Source: Candidatus Saccharimonadota bacterium
Lineage (GTDB): Bacteria > Patescibacteriota > Saccharimonadia > Saccharimonadales > Saccharimonadaceae
Length of the DNA stretch: 32,000 nt
Direction: 5' to 3'
Assembly: GCF_025273655.1 (NCBI RefSeq)
Contig: NZ_CP045921.1
Location: 720,001-752,000, forward strand
Both the position numbers and the translations under genes were made by a program. A model generated the notes under the pieces. That model was given only the letters and a program-made list of their open reading frames with translations. It made no database searches and had not been told where the DNA came from. Within the stretch, counting starts at the first letter, position 1. Each line of letters begins with the position of its first letter. Positions 31,509 through 32,000 of the stretch are shown in pieces.

Positions 31509-31585
31509 AGAGGACTTGAACCTCCACGAGCGCAATGCTCACTAGCCCCTCAAGCTAGCGCGTCTACCAATTCCGCCACCACCGC
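31498..31585 (-). tRNA. tRNA-Leu (anticodon GAG), class II, CCA encoded
   Basis: The reverse complement GCGGTGGTGGCGGAATTGGTAGACGCGCTAGCTTGAGGGGCTAGTGAGCATTGCGCTCGTGGAGGTTCAAGTCCTCTTCACCGCACCA has a long variable arm and anticodon loop TTGAGGG. Confidence 0.9.
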
Positions 31586-31587
31586 AA

Positions 31588-31617
31588 AGTGGTTATGTCA
31601 ATGTGACTTTTGTGTCG
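31588..31617. repeat. direct repeat copy 1, immediately 5' of tRNA-Leu (relative to the tRNA)
   Basis: AGTGGTTATGTCAATGTGACTTTTGTGTCG. Confidence 0.5.
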
Positions 31618-31685
31618 CCACTGGACTTTCGCTTGTCGCGCTATCGCGTCTACATAATATTCACGTTTCACGCAGCCGCCACAAG

Positions 31686-31714
31686 AGTGGTTATATAGTG
31701 TCAGTTTAGTGTCG
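31686..31714. repeat. direct repeat copy 2, with adjacent tRNA-5'-end-like sequence
   Basis: AGTGGTTATATAGTGTCAGTTTAGTGTCG. The adjoining segment 31671-31685 (CGCAGCCGCCACAAG) resembles the tRNA-Leu 5' end region at 31573-31587. Confidence 0.5.
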
Positions 31715-31769
31715 TGAGCGGGACATACTAGCAATTCCCTCTGGAATAGCTCAGATCATTGTACCGGTT

Positions 31770-32000
31770 TTACGGTGTTTTGTAAACAGGTGCTTGATGC
31801 GTCGACCAGTAAATGACATCGTTAAATCGGTCCGTAGCAGTGATAAGTGTCGTGCCAGAGTCGAAAGCTGTCGAGTCTTTTGTGTGCACATACGTCATTT
31901 GCGACTGGTAAAGACCAAGTGCCGGTGCATCTTTGAGCCATTGGCGTACAAATGCCTGGTACTTGGCGTTGCGCAGGCCATCTTCGAGGCGCAGTCTCGC
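31770..32000 (-). CDS. C-terminal part of a CDS entering from the right window edge; product unknown
   Basis: Own translation of the minus strand: ARLRLEDGLRNAKYQAFVRQWLKDAPALGLYQSQMTYVHTKDSTAFDSGTTLITATDRFNDVIYWSTHQAPVYKTP*, with stop at 31770-31772. Confidence 0.5.
   Translation of the reverse strand, partial: ARLRLEDGLRNAKYQAFVRQWLKDAPALGLYQSQMTYVHTKDSTAFDSGTTLITATDRFNDVIYWSTHQAPVYKTP

Noticed and set aside
1-32000. CRISPR arrays, rRNA genes, IS elements with terminal inverted repeats and transposase genes
   Set aside because: I saw no regularly spaced short repeats, no rRNA-like sequence and no transposase-like ORF anywhere in the window.

Overview
This 32-kb bacterial window has a housekeeping left part and an accessory right part. 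I could not run any similarity search, so all calls come from motifs I read in the supplied translations and from hand-folded RNA and DNA structures.

Core region (1-13.5 kb):
- tRNA-Phe and tRNA-Gly, a DUF1801 protein, a lambda-lysozyme-like protein, a ParB-like protein, an EamA transporter and an SDR.
- ddl, rarA, a GH13 alpha-glucosidase plus GH37 trehalase pair, a ZIP transporter, a NUDIX hydrolase, typA and tRNA-Val.

Accessory region (about 13.6-31.6 kb), bracketed by tRNA-Val and tRNA-Leu, appears to consist of three modules:
- 13.6-15.8 kb: a decayed conjugative-element remnant. It holds a single-HKD PLD nuclease, a small acidic partner protein and the C-terminal stub of a VirD4/TraG-type coupling protein.
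- 15.8-24.4 kb: a metal (copper-type) island. It holds a CsoR-family repressor, five DUF305 paralogues, a DUF3105 protein, a CPH-type CopB P1B-ATPase, an atypical CDF, a YHS-flavoreductase fusion and a cytochrome b5 / 6-TM pair.
- 24.5-31.5 kb: a putative integrated mobilizable element. It holds an orphan RloC/PrrC-like anticodon-nuclease ATPase, three small genes with strong Shine-Dalgarno (SD) sites including a DUF3768-like protein, a replication-relaxation family protein, an RHH protein and a large serine recombinase. The recombinase stop codon overlaps the 3' end of tRNA-Leu.

Most unusual observations:
- Two paralogous imperfect-hairpin leader/promoter modules (141 and 127 nt) show compensatory base changes and sit upstream of two unrelated small genes.
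- A 26/27-nt inverted repeat brackets 407 bp next to the recombinase operon.
- Several starts look leaderless, with a -10 box 6-8 nt upstream of the ATG.

Taxonomy cannot be established from the sequence alone. The gene content is compatible with a reduced Gram-positive-like or Patescibacteria/actinobacterial-type genome, but that is speculation.
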